Positions 47,191 to 60,401 are shown, counted from the stretch's first letter. The stretch: DNA of 64,000 nucleotides from Somniosus microcephalus (GCA_052327205.1 CM126231.1:8246001-8310000), one strand, 5' to 3'. The notes: generated by a model not told the origin, from the letters alone. A program made the numbers and translations.

Positions 47191-48564
47191 TGATTAACTG
47201 AAAGGTACGTATCTCAACTAGAGAGTGTCAAACCAATCCCTGCACCAGAGTCAAGGTGACATTAGAAAGGAACCGGAAAGGGAGCCACTTGAAAAATTCC
47301 ACTGTGGATTTGCCTGTGGATTTCTGATCAGTCAGGGATTGTTATCAGCCCCGGTGCTGGGAGTTTATTTAGCTCCTCAAACTCCTAGCTATTTTTCTTT
47401 TGTGGCTAAAAACAAGTAAATTGTGAGCAATTTGGAAAGACAAATATTGATGTCCAGGAAGAAAGTGCTTGGAGCCTGTAGGCTTACCTCACTCTGACCT
47501 CTGAACTCACAGCACCTGACATGAATCTTGTCATTTATGTGGAAATGACTTATGAAATAATACTGGACGGCCTGCTGGTGGCGCTGTCCAGGGAGAGTAT
47601 AAACACTCGGGCATGGGCCCAGCTTGCTCAGGACATTCCTTAACAGGAACTAGTGAAGGACATAACTAGATCTCCATGTTGAAAAACAGTTGATTAAAGC
47701 CTTGTTTAACGCTTAGACCAAGTGCCTAGTAGTTTTCTTACGTCAGCACCCAAACCCCCTCCTTGCGCCACAAGCACCAGCAAGGATCCAGAAATGGAAG
47801 CTTTTCATAAAAGTTTGCCAACTCCAAATGTCAGCCGTAACCGTAGCGACTGTCACCATGGTAATCGAGTTGGACCTTTCGACCATGTCCATGCCCCGGA
47901 CAAGGCACTTACACACAAGGCTGACATCAAAATCAAACGCTATCACCCAGGCCCCCAGTGTTGGCCAGAGGCCTACCAGTCACCGTGGCAACCAGTTGTA
48001 CACATTCATTTGACCCCGAGCCATCACTTCCTCACTTGTCTTACTGCTCGTCGAGAAAGCTGTTTGCGCAAGGATCTGAAATACCATGGAGCTACTTTGA
48101 ATGGCAACATTGCACCTATTCCCCTTCAGTTTAATTGAATAAAACTGCCATCAAAATGCAATTGAATATGCAGCCTTGACTGACATAGTCTCCTTGACTG
48201 ACTGACTGCGTCCTCTTCTGTGGCCATCTGTCACCTGGCCATATCACTTGCACCACAATGCTGACTCCTGTACCACCGAGTCTTCTTGCCACTCCCTCCG
48301 GCACGGCGCTTGTGAAAACAGTTGTCATACCAGAGCAAACCCCACTGGTGAAAAATACCACAGATCTGGAACACAGGACGCTCGGTGAATCCATATTTCT
48401 GCCAACGAGGAACCGTACACCGTTCCTTGTGACACTGTCACTCATGGGTTACGCCGACTCTTTCTAGCATTGCATTCAACACCTTCCCGTGCATTTCTCC
48501 CCCATTTTCCTGCAATGCTGTGCAAGTTGATGTCACTGACCTATTAGGGTTGCAGGCTCTCGTT

Positions 48565-49397
48565 AGAAACATAGAAACACAGAAAAATAGGAGCAGGAGT
48601 CGGCCATGCGGCCCTTCGAGCCTGCTCCGCCATTCAATATGATCATGGCTGATCCTCTATCTCAATACCATATTCCCGCTCTCTCTCCCCATACCCCTTG
48701 ATGCCTTTTGCGTCTAGAAATCTACCTATCTCCTTCTTAAATATATTCAGTGACTTGGCCTCCACAGCCTTCTGTGGTAGAGAATTCCACAGGTTCACCA
48801 CCCTCTGGGTGAAGAAATTTCTCCTCATCTCAGTCCTAAATGTCCTACCCCGTATCCTGAGACTGTGACCCCTTGTTCTAGATCCCCCCAGCCAGGGGAA
48901 ACATCCTCCCTGCAGCCAGTCTGTCTAGCCCTGTCAGAATTTTATACGTTTCCACGAGATCCCCACCCATTCTTCTAAACTCTTGTGAATACAGGCCTAG
49001 TCGACCCAGTCTCTCCTCATACGACAGTCCTGCCATCCCAGGAATCAGTCTGGTAAACCTTCGCTGCACTCCCTCTATGGCAAGTATATCCTTTCTTAGG
49101 TAAGGAGACCAAAACTGCACACAGTACACCAGGTGTGGTCTCACCAGGCCCTGTATAACTGTACTAAGACATCCTTGCTCCTGTACTCAAATCCTCTTGC
49201 AATGAAGACCAACATACCATTTGCCTTCCTAACTGCTTGCTGCACCTGCATGTTTGCTTTCAGTGACTGGTGTACAAGGACACCCAGGTCCCTCTGTACA
49301 TCAGCATTTCCCAATCTATCACCATTTAAATAAAACTCTGCCTTTCTGTTTTTCCTACCAAAGTGGATAACTTCACATTTATCCACGTTATACTGCA
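48565..49397 (-). mobile_element. CR1 (HER1-like) 3' fragment
   Basis: ORFs 49141..49518, 48878..49144 and 48643..48828 are frameshifted CR1 ORF2 pieces. Confidence 0.93.
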
Positions 49398-50607
49398 TGG
49401 TGATGAAATGGTTCCCAGATGGGAAGACTGTGTGGGAGGTCAAAGCCAAGATGATGATAGGTAGGAGGACCTGGTTGAAAAATGGACAATGGACAGACTG
49501 GCATAGGAAAGAGCACAACGGTGGGATCTTTCAGCCCAGAAATGAGCCTGTGCCCGTTTTTTTCGGGCAACCGGCACTCCCCCCCCCCGAACCGAGAGGC
49601 CTCGGGATCAATGTGAATTGGTCCTCAGGCCTCATCAGCACAGTCAGTGCGACCTCCTGGAACTGGTTGTATCTCCATAGTCGACCCAATCTCTCCTGAT
49701 ATGACATATTAGATATCCTGCTTGAGGGTTCATCACAGGATCTCCCACCTCCCACCACCTCACCCAGTCAAGCAGCCCTTTCTCTCCCCCCTAACAACTA
49801 ATAAACGAAACTGTTCAAAGAAAATGAAACTTCTGTTTTAAATGCCCCAGTGATTTTTCTCCTGAGGTTCCTCGCAGCAGCATCCGCGAGATTAGCCTTT
49901 AGCTCCTGGAGATTCCAGGGCACTCCTGAAGGATTGGCGACCCTCTGACCTATTAACCGGCGTCAATGCCCTTCAAAAAAAAATGGCACGAATTGTTTTT
50001 GAGACACACTTTGATATGTGGCGGTGCTGTGCGGAGGAAAGTATTATTATTTGGCAAAACAACCGGAGACTCAAGAGAAGCTTCACATAATTTTGGAAAA
50101 AAATCTTTTGTTTGTTCACCAACATGCGACACAGTGGCGTAAACTTCGGGACAAACGCATCTGTGGCGGAAATAACGCACAGTTCCTCTTTTCTCTCTCT
50201 CGCCCCCGAACTATAAACAGTACTTTTTTTTTCAGAAAGTCAGCTTCCCTTTAAAACATCTCTCTCTCTCTCTCTCTCTCTCTCGGTGGGCCGATGAGTG
50301 GGTGTGTAGGCCGCAGTGCCTTTGGTTGCTGTTGTAGTGAAAAGGTTGGCAGATTTACACCGTGTTCAGAATCAAAAGCATTTAAAAACAAATTCTGCAT
50401 TCCCCACCCCTCCCGCCAAGATCGCAAAAAATAAAATTGGAACGAGGTCATTCAGACTCCCCAGGCCCAGTTTGCCAAGTACTCAAAAGTTAATGTAAGA
50501 AGGATGTTCTGCCTGAAGTATCTCTGCAGTCTTTGCATTTGTGACCGTTTCCTAAATGTGTATGTGACATCTCGTGGCTGATACCCAGTACTGCACCAAA
50601 CAGTTTT

Positions 50608-50765
50608 TTAATATAGAATGTACAGCACAGAACCAGGCCATTGGGCCCAACTCGTCCATGCTGACGTTTATGCTCCACACAAGCCTCCTCCATACTCTAC
50701 CAGCATAACCTTCTGTTCCTCTCTTCCCTCATGAACTTACCTCATCTCCCCTTGAAATGCACCCA
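50608..50765 (-). mobile_element. Degenerate CR1 tail
   Basis: Similar to 42125-42305. Confidence 0.7.
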
Positions 50766-51051
50766 TGACCGAGGGCCTGGTTTGCGATAACTTGTCTGGC
50801 TTCTTTCAGGCCCAGTTTTGCTGACAATCCCAACACTTCGCTGGAGCCGACTCTGGGCTGCATCCCCTCTGCGGTTCTCTAACCTCGCCGACAGCCTGTG
50901 CGGACAGGGGCGGGGGCTCGTCCTGGCCCCCTTGGTGCCTATATTGCGCTCTGTAATTCAGACCCATTCGCAATTGTGTTTGCCTGTAAAGTGGTCTCTA
51001 TATTTAGCCAGGTTAACTCTCGGCCTTTCACAGCTCATGGCTCACTCTTCC

Positions 51052-51297
51052 CACAACAACAACAACAACTTGTATTTATATAGCGCCTTTAACGTAGTAA
51101 AACGGCCCAAGGCGCTGCACAGGAGCGTTAAAAGACAAAAAACTTGACACCGAACCTCATCAGGATAAATTAGGGCAGGTGACCAAAAGCTTGGTCAAAG
51201 AGGTCGGTTTTAAGGAGCGTCTTAAAGGAGGAAAGAGAGGCAGCGAGGCGGAAAGGTTTAGGGAGGGAATTCCAGAGCTTAGGGCCTAGGCAACAGC
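51052..51297 (-). mobile_element. L2 LINE 3' end with (TTG)n tail
   Basis: GPKLWNSLPKPFRLAASLSSFKTLLKTDLFDQAF in ORF 51170..51451. Confidence 0.85.
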
Positions 51298-52292
51298 TGC
51301 GAGCGTTGGCTAAACGTTGGCACGGTGCTCCCATGCTAAAGGGGACGTTGAATAAAAGACTTAGAACGATGGGTGTGTAGAGCATAGAGATCAGAGAGAG
51401 GCAGGAGGTAACAAGCAGAACTCGGGGGGGCGGTGGAGAGAGGAAAACCAATTGAAAATTAAGCTGTGCTATTATGCAAGAGGGACTCAGAAAGAGCTTA
51501 GACCAGATATTCGTGAGGAAGAGAATGAAAGGAAGCTCATGGAATTAGATAATCACAAATCTCTCCCGGCCACGTGGCGAGGAGAATAAAGGAGCGGATT
51601 CACCTGCTCCTCACATTCCCCCCGTACCCAGAGTCAATTATACATCGAGATGCTCAACCTCAGACACGGGGGACAGCCCTGCCCGGTCGCTGCGCATGAC
51701 TTCGATCCCCTTGTGGAATCATGCGAGGGAGGCGGGGGTGGAAAGCGACAAAGCCACATCCTGGAGAGCAGCGTGTTGGAATATCAACACGCTGCCCCAC
51801 CCTCCGAAGCACATCAGTCACTGGAACATTTAATTGGGACAAGACGCCAGTTGCTTCAATAAATATTTTACCAAAAATTTCTTCGCAGAATCCAGAGATA
51901 CATATTTAGAGGCACAGCTCAGATCACCCTGAAAACCTGAGGCACAACATTCCAACCGTCATGGTTACTGTTCTCCAACAGTGATTGGTCGGTTCGTGAT
52001 ATCTTCACAGTAGGTTAACATGACTTTTAAGAATCAACGGTAAGAATATTTCAATTGAGTCATAACAGGACAGAAGGGGATGACTCTAATTATGAGAAGC
52101 TGAACTGTCCCTTTATCCATTCTAACTTCATGTGGTAGGATTTGCCAGGTGTTCCAAATGGGAAACATATAATGGGGCTAAGTGTGTTGAAATTAAGCCT
52201 TATACAGCACAACACTGAGGGTGGGGTATTACAGAATGATAGAACGGAGATCCTGATGATAGTGCTACATAACATTAACGGAGCCTGATAAA

Positions 52293-52810
52293 TCATACAG
52301 CCCAGAAGGAAGTCATTCGGCCCATCATGGCTTTGCTAGTTCTTTGAAAAAGCTGTCCGATTAGTCCCACTCCCCTGCTCTTGCCCCGTAGCCCTACAAA
52401 TTTCCCCCGGAGTGTTGTGTAACATAAGAACATAAGGAATAGGAGCAGGAGTAGGCCATTCGGCCCCTCGAGCCTGCTCCGCCATTCAATAAGATCATGG
52501 CTGATCTTCTGCCTCATCTCCACCTTCCCGCAGTATCCCCATATCCCTTGATTCACTTAATATTCAAAAATCTATTGATCTCTATCTTCAATATACTCAA
52601 CGACTGAGCCTCCACAGCCCTCTGGGGTAGAGAATTCCAAAGATTCACCACCCTCTGAGTGAAGAAATGTCTCCTCATCTCAGCCCTAACTGGCCAACCC
52701 CTTATTCTGAGACTGTGACCCCCTGGTTCTAGACTCCCCAGCCAGGGGAAACATCCTCCCTGCATCTACCCTGTCAAGCCCGGGAAGAATGTTGTATGTT
52801 TCAATGAGAC
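52293..52810 (-). mobile_element. Two adjacent CR1 3' fragments (52293-52410 and 52421-52810)
   Basis: Two different CR1 tails, plus ORF 52553..52765. Confidence 0.88.
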
Positions 52811-53029
52811 CACAGAGTAACAGAGATGGTGTTCTCGCAGTGAGGCACGATACCCAGTCCATGTAACCATTGATCCAAAAGACTTTATGATGTTGAGTAA
52901 TTTTGCTCTTATCGGGTAAACCAGAAGTCAACATTTCCTATTTTTAAGAAAGCTCCCTCCGTTCGCAGTTCACAAGAGGGTTACAGATGAGGAAGGCTCC
53001 ACTGAGCTGCCTCACTTGCTTTGCTCTGG

Positions 53030-53390
53030 GGAGGTGGGTTCGCTGTTCATTGCCCATCCCTAGTTGCCCTGACAGCCCAGTGGCTTGCTTGGCCCCCTCC
53101 TCAGAGGGCATCAAGAGTCAAGAACGTGGTGTGGGGCTGTATTCAACACGTAGAGCAGACAACACAGGGTAGGGGTAGTAGATTCTCTTCCCTGAAGCAC
53201 CTTGGTGAAGCAGTCGCGTTTTTACAACCATTCGGAAGCTTATGGCCATTTCTTCTGCCGGACGCCCACAAATGACCAGATTTATTCAATTCTGTGTCCT
53301 ACGTTGCTCTGTTGGGTTTTAGAATGAATGTCTTCTGGGTTGCTAATCTCAGACCATAACCACAACACTACATCTCCAGATCAGCCACAA
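53030..53390 (-). mobile_element. Degenerate copy of the tRNA-SINE seen at 273-2145
   Basis: attgcccatccctagttgccct tail, cagagggca..aagagtcaa, and ccataaccacaacactac head remnants. Confidence 0.55.
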
Positions 53391-53556
53391 TTCCCCCATC
53401 ACAGTATGCAACTTTCTCTTACAAAACTCTACCACCCTCCTTGGGATATTCTACTCCAAATATTTATCCGTCTATGTAAAAAATGGGCAAGCACTGCCAT
53501 TAAAGTACTGGGTAGAAGAATGCTGGAAAAACAGTTAAGCTTCTGTTCAGCTTTAC

Positions 53557-53722
53557 ATAGAAACATAGAAGATAGGAGCAGGAGTAGGCCATTCGGCCCC
53601 TCAAGACTGTTCCGCCATTCAATGAGATCATGGCTGATCATCCAAATTCAGTACCCTGTCCCTGCTTTCTCCCCATATCCCTTGATCCCTTTAGCCTTAA
53701 GAAATATATCTAACTCCTTTAA
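53557..53722 (-). mobile_element. CR1 3' tail
   Basis: Reverse complement of 4560-4724. Confidence 0.88.
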
Positions 53723-53768
53723 AAATTATCTCCAGGGCTTTGGTTTTTCATGCAGTGATACTAATATC

Positions 53769-54196
53769 AGCCTGAGACAGAAGGTTGTGGGTTCAAGTCC
53801 CACTCCAGAGACTCGAGCACAAAAATCTAAACTCGCACTCCCCAGTGCCCGTACTGAGGGAGTGCCGCGCTGTCGGAGGTGCCGACTTTCAGATGAGACG
53901 TTAAACCGAGGGCACGTCTGCCCTCGCAGGTGGACGTAAAAGATTCCGTAGCCACTATTTTGAAGAAGAGCAGGGGGAGTTCTCCCCGATGTCCTGGGGC
54001 CAATATCCCTCAATCAACAACACTAAAACCCCGATTATCTGGTCATGATCACATTGCTGTTTGTGAGAGCTTGCTGTGCGCAAATTAGCTGCCCCATTTC
54101 CTACATTACAACAGTGACCACACTTCAAAAAATACTTCAGTGGCCGCACGGCGCTTTGGGACGGCCTGAGGTCGCTACATAAATGCAAGTCTTTTT
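53769..54196 (+). mobile_element. Deu-domain SINE (A box lost)
   Basis: B box ggttcaagtccc, core and tail. Confidence 0.88.
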
Positions 54197-56404
54197 TGAG
54201 AGTAAAGGTGACAGAGAATGTAGAAACTGAAAAGTATTCATTACACCCCAAGGAAAAAGCACGAGGTGGGCGTCAGTGAAAGTTGATCAGGCTCACTTTG
54301 TATCTGACTGATGTTTATTTCACTCCATGCTCCAATATTTACCCAAGTTGAAGCACTTCAAACCCAATGAGGAGCCTGTTTTTATTTTGAGGGGTGGGTT
54401 GGGGTGGGTTTAGTAAATTATTGTACAGAAGCCAAGTTGTTTTTGTTGATGGCATGTTTATCAAGCTGTGCTTGTTAATTGTTTTACTGCCTATTTGTTC
54501 TGTTTAAAGTTTCTTTTGGGTTTTGAACGAGCGCCTGACTTTCACAGTTACAACAAAATAGCTTTGACCCAAAAATAAAAAACAACCCACACACAATTTT
54601 ACAAAACGCATTAAGACAAATATAACCCAGACTGGCAAGAGTGTGCACTGTTTGACTCGTCCGCGCCCAAGTGTGACAGACCCCTGGCAGGTGAATTGCC
54701 AGATACCCATGTGCGAACTCACTATATAACCAGGTCTTTCTTACAAGTGCGGATCCACCTGTGGATCAGTATTACAAGGAGCGCCTGCACGCTGTGTATC
54801 GTACAGGCCGTGAGTCGCCTCACACCGGGCCTCACTCCGGTATGACCTCTCTGGGTTCCAGAGGTGTCCCCGTGTCAGTGACAGGCTTCCCGGTCTGGCC
54901 AGGGCGGGGGTCATTCACCGTGTGGGAGTGCGCCCATCCACCGGCGGTCTGTGCCGAGTATAATTCTGTTGAAAGCAGGCTGAAAATAAATATGATATTC
55001 ATTTAACACACTGTAAATAATGTCGCTCTGCCTGGGAGTTAAACTTGCACCTCATTCTGACCTGTAGCACGTTGCTGGGTTTGTTAAGGCAAACTAACTG
55101 GCTGGAGAGGCAATAACCTCTCATCCTCAATCTCTGAACGATGGTTCTCTGCCTTCTGCAATGACGAAAGATGCAAGCCGAGAAATTAGTGCCGGCCAGC
55201 TTTCCAGATGAATGTTTAACGCTCTCATGTTGCCCGCTACCTTAGTGGAGAGATTAGCCCATTAAAAATAAACAGGTTAATTAATGGCTGGGCTAAAATG
55301 GAAGATGGGAATAATACAAATCTGCTAAGCTTTCGTCCGCCAACAGTAATTTCAAAGCTATAGGGTAGAATTGAAATAAGCCACATTCTTAGACTGGGGA
55401 ACAGACTGAAAACTCTCTGTTGGGAATAATATCAAATATTGGTTCAGGTTACAGTCAGCCAGCTGTCAGAAATCTGATGTCAAAATAAGTAGAAAAATAA
55501 CCCTACTAATCCTGCAATAGAAATGGAAAATGCTGCACACACAACTCAGGCTGGTCAGTTTCATTAAAAGATGGCTCAAGTGTTTTGGGTCTAGAACCCC
55601 TTCATTAAAACTGGACTGGGAAGTCACAGGCCACAGAGAGGGGGTCGTGGCAAAAAGGCAAAGGCTGTGGGGATGTTATTGACCGATAAGATGTTGCCAA
55701 GTGTTTTAAACATCAGTGAGCCTTGTGTGTGTGTGTATAATGATCCTGCAAGGTAGCCAATGGCCCGTCAAACCCAGATATCAACGTGAGCTACAGTCCG
55801 AGCTACCGGTCGGTCAGAAAGGCGAGTCCGAGCATGGCTCCAGGCTGAGTTCGGAGTGGAAATAAAACAAAATAGTCACACCATTGTTATAGAGAAATTA
55901 GATGGCGGGATATTGTTGTTTTTTTTAATCTATTCCGTTTTTCCCTTAATGTAACTTTTGTCCAATAAACATGGTGGGCTGGTACAGATGTGTGGGTGTC
56001 TCTCTTGCACTGAGCTACCTTTGTGCCGGTTACAGTGAAGAACAGTAGTGGAGAAGGCAGAATATGCTGGTACACTACATCTTTCCGTAGAACACAAACC
56101 AGCAATCCAAACCGAAGAGTCTGAAGATGCCATTCTTACTGTACATCGCTGCCAACATCAACAGTGACTGCACTTTTGAAGTTAATCCCCGGTTGTAAAG
56201 CGTTTTGGGACATTGTGAGAAAATGATGGGGGTGTAAAAATACAAGTTAAAAAATTTTTTTTAAAACAGCTTTAAATTTACCGAGGGGCATCCAGTGCCA
56301 CTCATATTACATGTTTATATATATATCATGAAGTATCTTCACACTCACACCGTGGCTTCTAGCTGAAATCACACGCCAAATAATTAAATATAGAACCAAT
56401 AGCA

Positions 56405-56720
56405 TCTTCTCTTCTTAGGCAGTCCCTTGGAACCGAGGATGACTTGCTTTCACATTAAAAATGAGTTCTCAGGTGACTGATGAGACCAATGCGGGACCTA
56501 CAGACTCTGTCGCTGTTGGGGTTGTCCATGAGGGTCCTGACGTTCCAGGTCCCGAACTTCATTTTAAAGGGTGGAAGGTGCCTGTGCATGAATTCTTTTA
56601 ACGTGGGGTGGCCATTGCACACCAGCTACCACACGGGCTTGACAGAGCAAGGTCCTGGTCCAATGGCAAGGAGATCCAAGACGATTGGAGACCAGGCTCT
56701 GCTACATCGGCCTAGCACAC
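56405..56720 (-). mobile_element. Bipartite (internally deleted) non-autonomous RTE element
   Basis: Minus strand: a 5' leader, then ATG MKFGTWNVRTLMDNPNSDR (AP-endonuclease N-terminal motif) joined directly to VCRSRIGLISHLRTHF* and the tail seen at 22315-22422. Confidence 0.85.
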
Positions 56721-57234
56721 ACACACAAACACAAACATACTCCTAGAAGTTACATCACAAGACCCCCTGCCTCCAACAGTTCCACATAGTCAAACAGCCT
56801 GTTCTTCCCCCATCTCCAATATTTCTATAAACAGTATACGAAAGGGTTCAAAGAAAGTTCTTTTTTTTAATGCCCGTATTATTTTTCTCCCGGGTTGCTC
56901 GCAGCAGTATCCAAGAGATTGATCTTCAATTCCTGGAGACTCCAGGGCAATCCTGGAGGGCTGGCATGGTGACCTGTGCAGCATACTTATTTTTTGGAAG
57001 TGCTCAAGAGACCTGGGGTCTCTGCTGTCAGAGGAATAAAACAAAAGGCCCCTGGAGTCTGCTTCAAAAATCTGTTAAAGGCTCTTTGCCCAGAATTCTG
57101 TAGCTCTGTGGAGCTGTCTGTTTATTTTTCCATGCATCCAAGTCCTCATGAGCCCTTGGGTCCTTGTGATGTTTAGAGGGAACAGATAAATAGCCCTCCT
57201 TTAAAAACATGTCTCCACCTAAAAAGAATGATGT

Positions 57235-57704
57235 TACCAGGCTGATACCAGGGATGGCAGGAATGACGTATGAGGAGAGATTGGGTCGATTGGGCTTGTA
57301 CTCACTGGAGTTTAGAAGATTGAGGGGGGATTTCATCGAAACCTATAAAATTCTGTCAGGCCTGGACAGACTAGATGCAGGAAGGATGTTTCTGATGGCC
57401 GGGGAGTCCAGAACCAGGGGTCATAGTCTAAGGATAAGGGGTAAGCCATTTAGGACTGAAATGAGGAGGAATTTCTTCACCCAGAGAGTGGTGAACCTGT
57501 GGAATTCTCTACCACAGAGGGCGGTGGAGGCCAGTTCATTAAATATATTCAAGAAAGAGTTGGATATATTTCTTGAGGCTAAAGGAATCAAGGGATATGG
57601 GGAGAAGGCAGGGACAGGGTACTGAATTTGGATGATCAGCCATGATCTCATTGAATGGCGGAGCAGGCTCGAAGGGCCTACTCCTGCTCCTATCTTCTAT
57701 GTTT
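57235..57704 (+). mobile_element. CR1 (HER1-like) 3' fragment, same subfamily as 3401-4724
   Basis: ORF 57209..57625. Confidence 0.93.
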
Positions 57705-58167
57705 CCCAGTGCTCTGCACTTTTCTGGAAAGCTTATTTCGCCCTCCTTGGGTTTAGTGTTGCTGCTTGCTTGGAGTTAAATAGTATTCAGAACAACCAGC
57801 CACCCCCCCAACCTTTCCTCTAAAACAGGCAACGGACATTGGCTGGAATTGGGGTTGAATTAATCAGTTAAATGCATCATCACCATGAGTGCACCGGAGT
57901 GATGTAGGGTTCTCCCCCCCCACCCACCATTTCCTCCACCAGCCATTCTGTGACAGCCTCGGGGTAGTTTTGTGTTGCGGGGCTATGCTCAAAGTGAAAT
58001 GGGCTTAGAGAGAGCACCTGGGCTTATTCTACATTGGACCCAATCAGTATGGGTTAGACATTAAATCCAAGTCACAGGCTGGGGAGGGTTTACAAGCTGG
58101 TCAGAATCTAGCGAGGAATGGGCCCTGTAAAATATGTATCTATATAAAGAAAGGCCTCAGTATGTCT

Positions 58168-58712
58168 TGATCTGAAACGTTAACTCTGTTTCTCTCTCTT
58201 TAATTCTCCACTCCACTCCCACTCTGACCTCTCCATCCTCGGCCTCTTACACTGTTCCAATGAAGCTCAACGGAAGCTCGAGGAACAGCACCTCATCTTT
58301 CGATTCGGCACTTTACAGCCTTCTGGACTCAACATCGAGTTCAACAATTTCAGATCATAACCTCGGCCCCTATCTTGTTTTTCTTTCTCACATGGCAGCT
58401 GTCGATCATTCTGCCATTTACTTCATCTAGTCATCTTTTGTTTCTTAACTTGTCCCATTACCATCTCCTTTTGCCTCGCACCATCATCCCTTTTGTCTCT
58501 TAATCTCTCCTGCCTTCCACCCCATCACAAACCGACCCTTTTGTTCTTCCCTCCCCCCACACTTGCTTAAAAATCTGTTCCATTTCCAGTTCTGACGAAG
58601 GATCATCGACCTGAAACGTTAACTCTGTTTCTCTCTCCACAGATGCTGCCTGACCTGCTGAGCATTTCCAGTTTTTATTTCAGATTTCCAGCATCCGCAG
58701 TATTTTGCTTTT
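58168..58712 (+). mobile_element. Penelope-like element 3' end (GIY-YIG C-terminus, UTR, hammerhead)
   Basis: Manual translation from ~58199 gives FNSPLHSHSDLSILGLLHCSNEAQRKLEEQHLIFRFGTLQPSGLNIEFNNFRS*. Confidence 0.88.
58588..58624 (+). ncRNA. Minimal hammerhead ribozyme motif in the Penelope UTR
   Basis: AGUU-CUGACGA-AGGAUCAUCGACCU-GAAA-CGU-U-AACU; the core is intact and stem II is imperfect. Confidence 0.6.
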
Positions 58713-59021
58713 GTCTTAGTATGTCTCTGCTTGGCAGACGGCAGATCACTGTATATGAAGAACTGAGAATTACCAACCATTGAGGACTCGACGGGAGCAG
58801 CTTTGCTGATGTACAAGAAAATATGCAGAAAAATTATTCAGTCTTGAAGAATAGTTATACTTTTTTAATTAAAAATCGTACAAACAGACGGTCTATGATG
58901 CACATCTCATTTGCCATGAGCAGTTTATGCAGGAGGTAACCACAAAAAAGGAGAGACAGCTGACGGAGACAAACTGGAGAAGCAGAGGATTGAATCAGTC
59001 ATTCTCTGCCAGCAGCTAAAG

Positions 59022-59520
59022 CGAGAAATAACAACAGAAAATGCTGGAAAAACTCAGCAGGCCAGGCAACATCCGTGGAGAGAAAATAGTCAACGTTTCG
59101 GGTCAAACCCTTTGTCAAGACTGGAAAAGCACAGGAAATGAAATAGATTAAAAGGCCGGGCTGGGAGAGAACAAAAGAGAAGTGAAGAGACATTAAGAGG
59201 TATTCAAATTGAGACGAGATGGTGATAGGACTAGTGGAGACAAAAGACGGCTCTAGATTAGGTGTGAAATGTGCTGGCAGAATGGGAGACAGCTGCCATG
59301 TGGGAGAGAAAAAAGGGGGGGCGGGGAAGGAAAGGGCCAAAACAAAGGTGTGGATAAAAAATAAGTAAAAATGTAATGAGGGCCGAGGTTACGATCTGAA
59401 ATTGGTGAACTCAATATTGAATCCGGAAGGCTGTAAAGTGCCTAATCGGAAGATGAGGTGCTGTTCCTCGAGCTTACGCTGAGCTTCCGTGGAACAATGC
59501 AAGAGCCCGAGTACGGTGAG
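59022..59520 (-). mobile_element. Penelope-like element 3' end (second subfamily)
   Basis: VLGLLHCSTEAQRKLEEQHLIFRLGTLQPSGFNIEF in ORF 59389..59646; the hammerhead core is mutated (UUGACAA). Confidence 0.88.
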
Positions 59521-60401
59521 GAAAACGAGCCAGTTGCTTCCTTCAGTATCAGCTACACAAATCAGAAGCCTCAAGGTACTCATCATTGGCTGATGTTCAA
59601 GCTGTTCAGGTTCTTGAAATAGGGACCGAGGTGGGACGCAGGTCAAACGCGAATTGTTGCGCCAACATCAGTGTAATCATTATCACTGTAAAACTTTTTA
59701 TCAATATCTTCGTTTGATATGCTCGAGATTCTGCCTGCCCCACCGCAGACCCAATGCGAGGTCCTTCACAACTTGTGTGCATGAAGCCCACTTTAAACTA
59801 TAAATGTCTCAGAAACAGTTGTGCATGGACAGCCCTTGTGGCTCTCATCCCAGGGCATCTTCACTTCAAATTTCACCGCTTGAAAGTAAGGCGTGATTTA
59901 GAATGGCACTGTGGACTGCCAAGCACTCTGCTCTTCATAGAAAATAGATGGGGATTCACAACACGCAATTTATAGATTCTGTTCCAATAGACGCAAAGTG
60001 CAGCAAACCCCGCCTTACTACCTGTAGATAAATCAGTGAGCCTAACCCATTCCGCAGTTCAGTATAGTTGAGTGCTTTAAGCCCCTGGCAAAGACTTAAC
60101 AAGGAATTCATTAAGTTTACCTCATGTAGGGCAAGAACATTCTTGGAGCTCAAGGTGAGGGATGTTAAGTGCTGGCAAATGGGAAACTCTCCATTTCAGG
60201 TACCCAGTGTCAAGTACTCCCAGGTGAGGTATAGCACAACTGTATACAGAGTAAAGCTCCCTCCACTCTGCCCCGTGTGCCTCAGAAGAGCACCATCTAC
60301 CGCGCTGGTGACATTTCCCACACCAAACATGCTGTGGTCTCGTGAGCGAGACCTCCAAAGCCAAACCAGGGGCAGGTTTGTGCTGTAGACTTGAGGGGGG
60401 T

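Noticed and set aside
47722-48467. Cluster of 60-138 aa ORFs in unique sequence
   Set aside because: No known motifs, no consistent frame and no splice signals.
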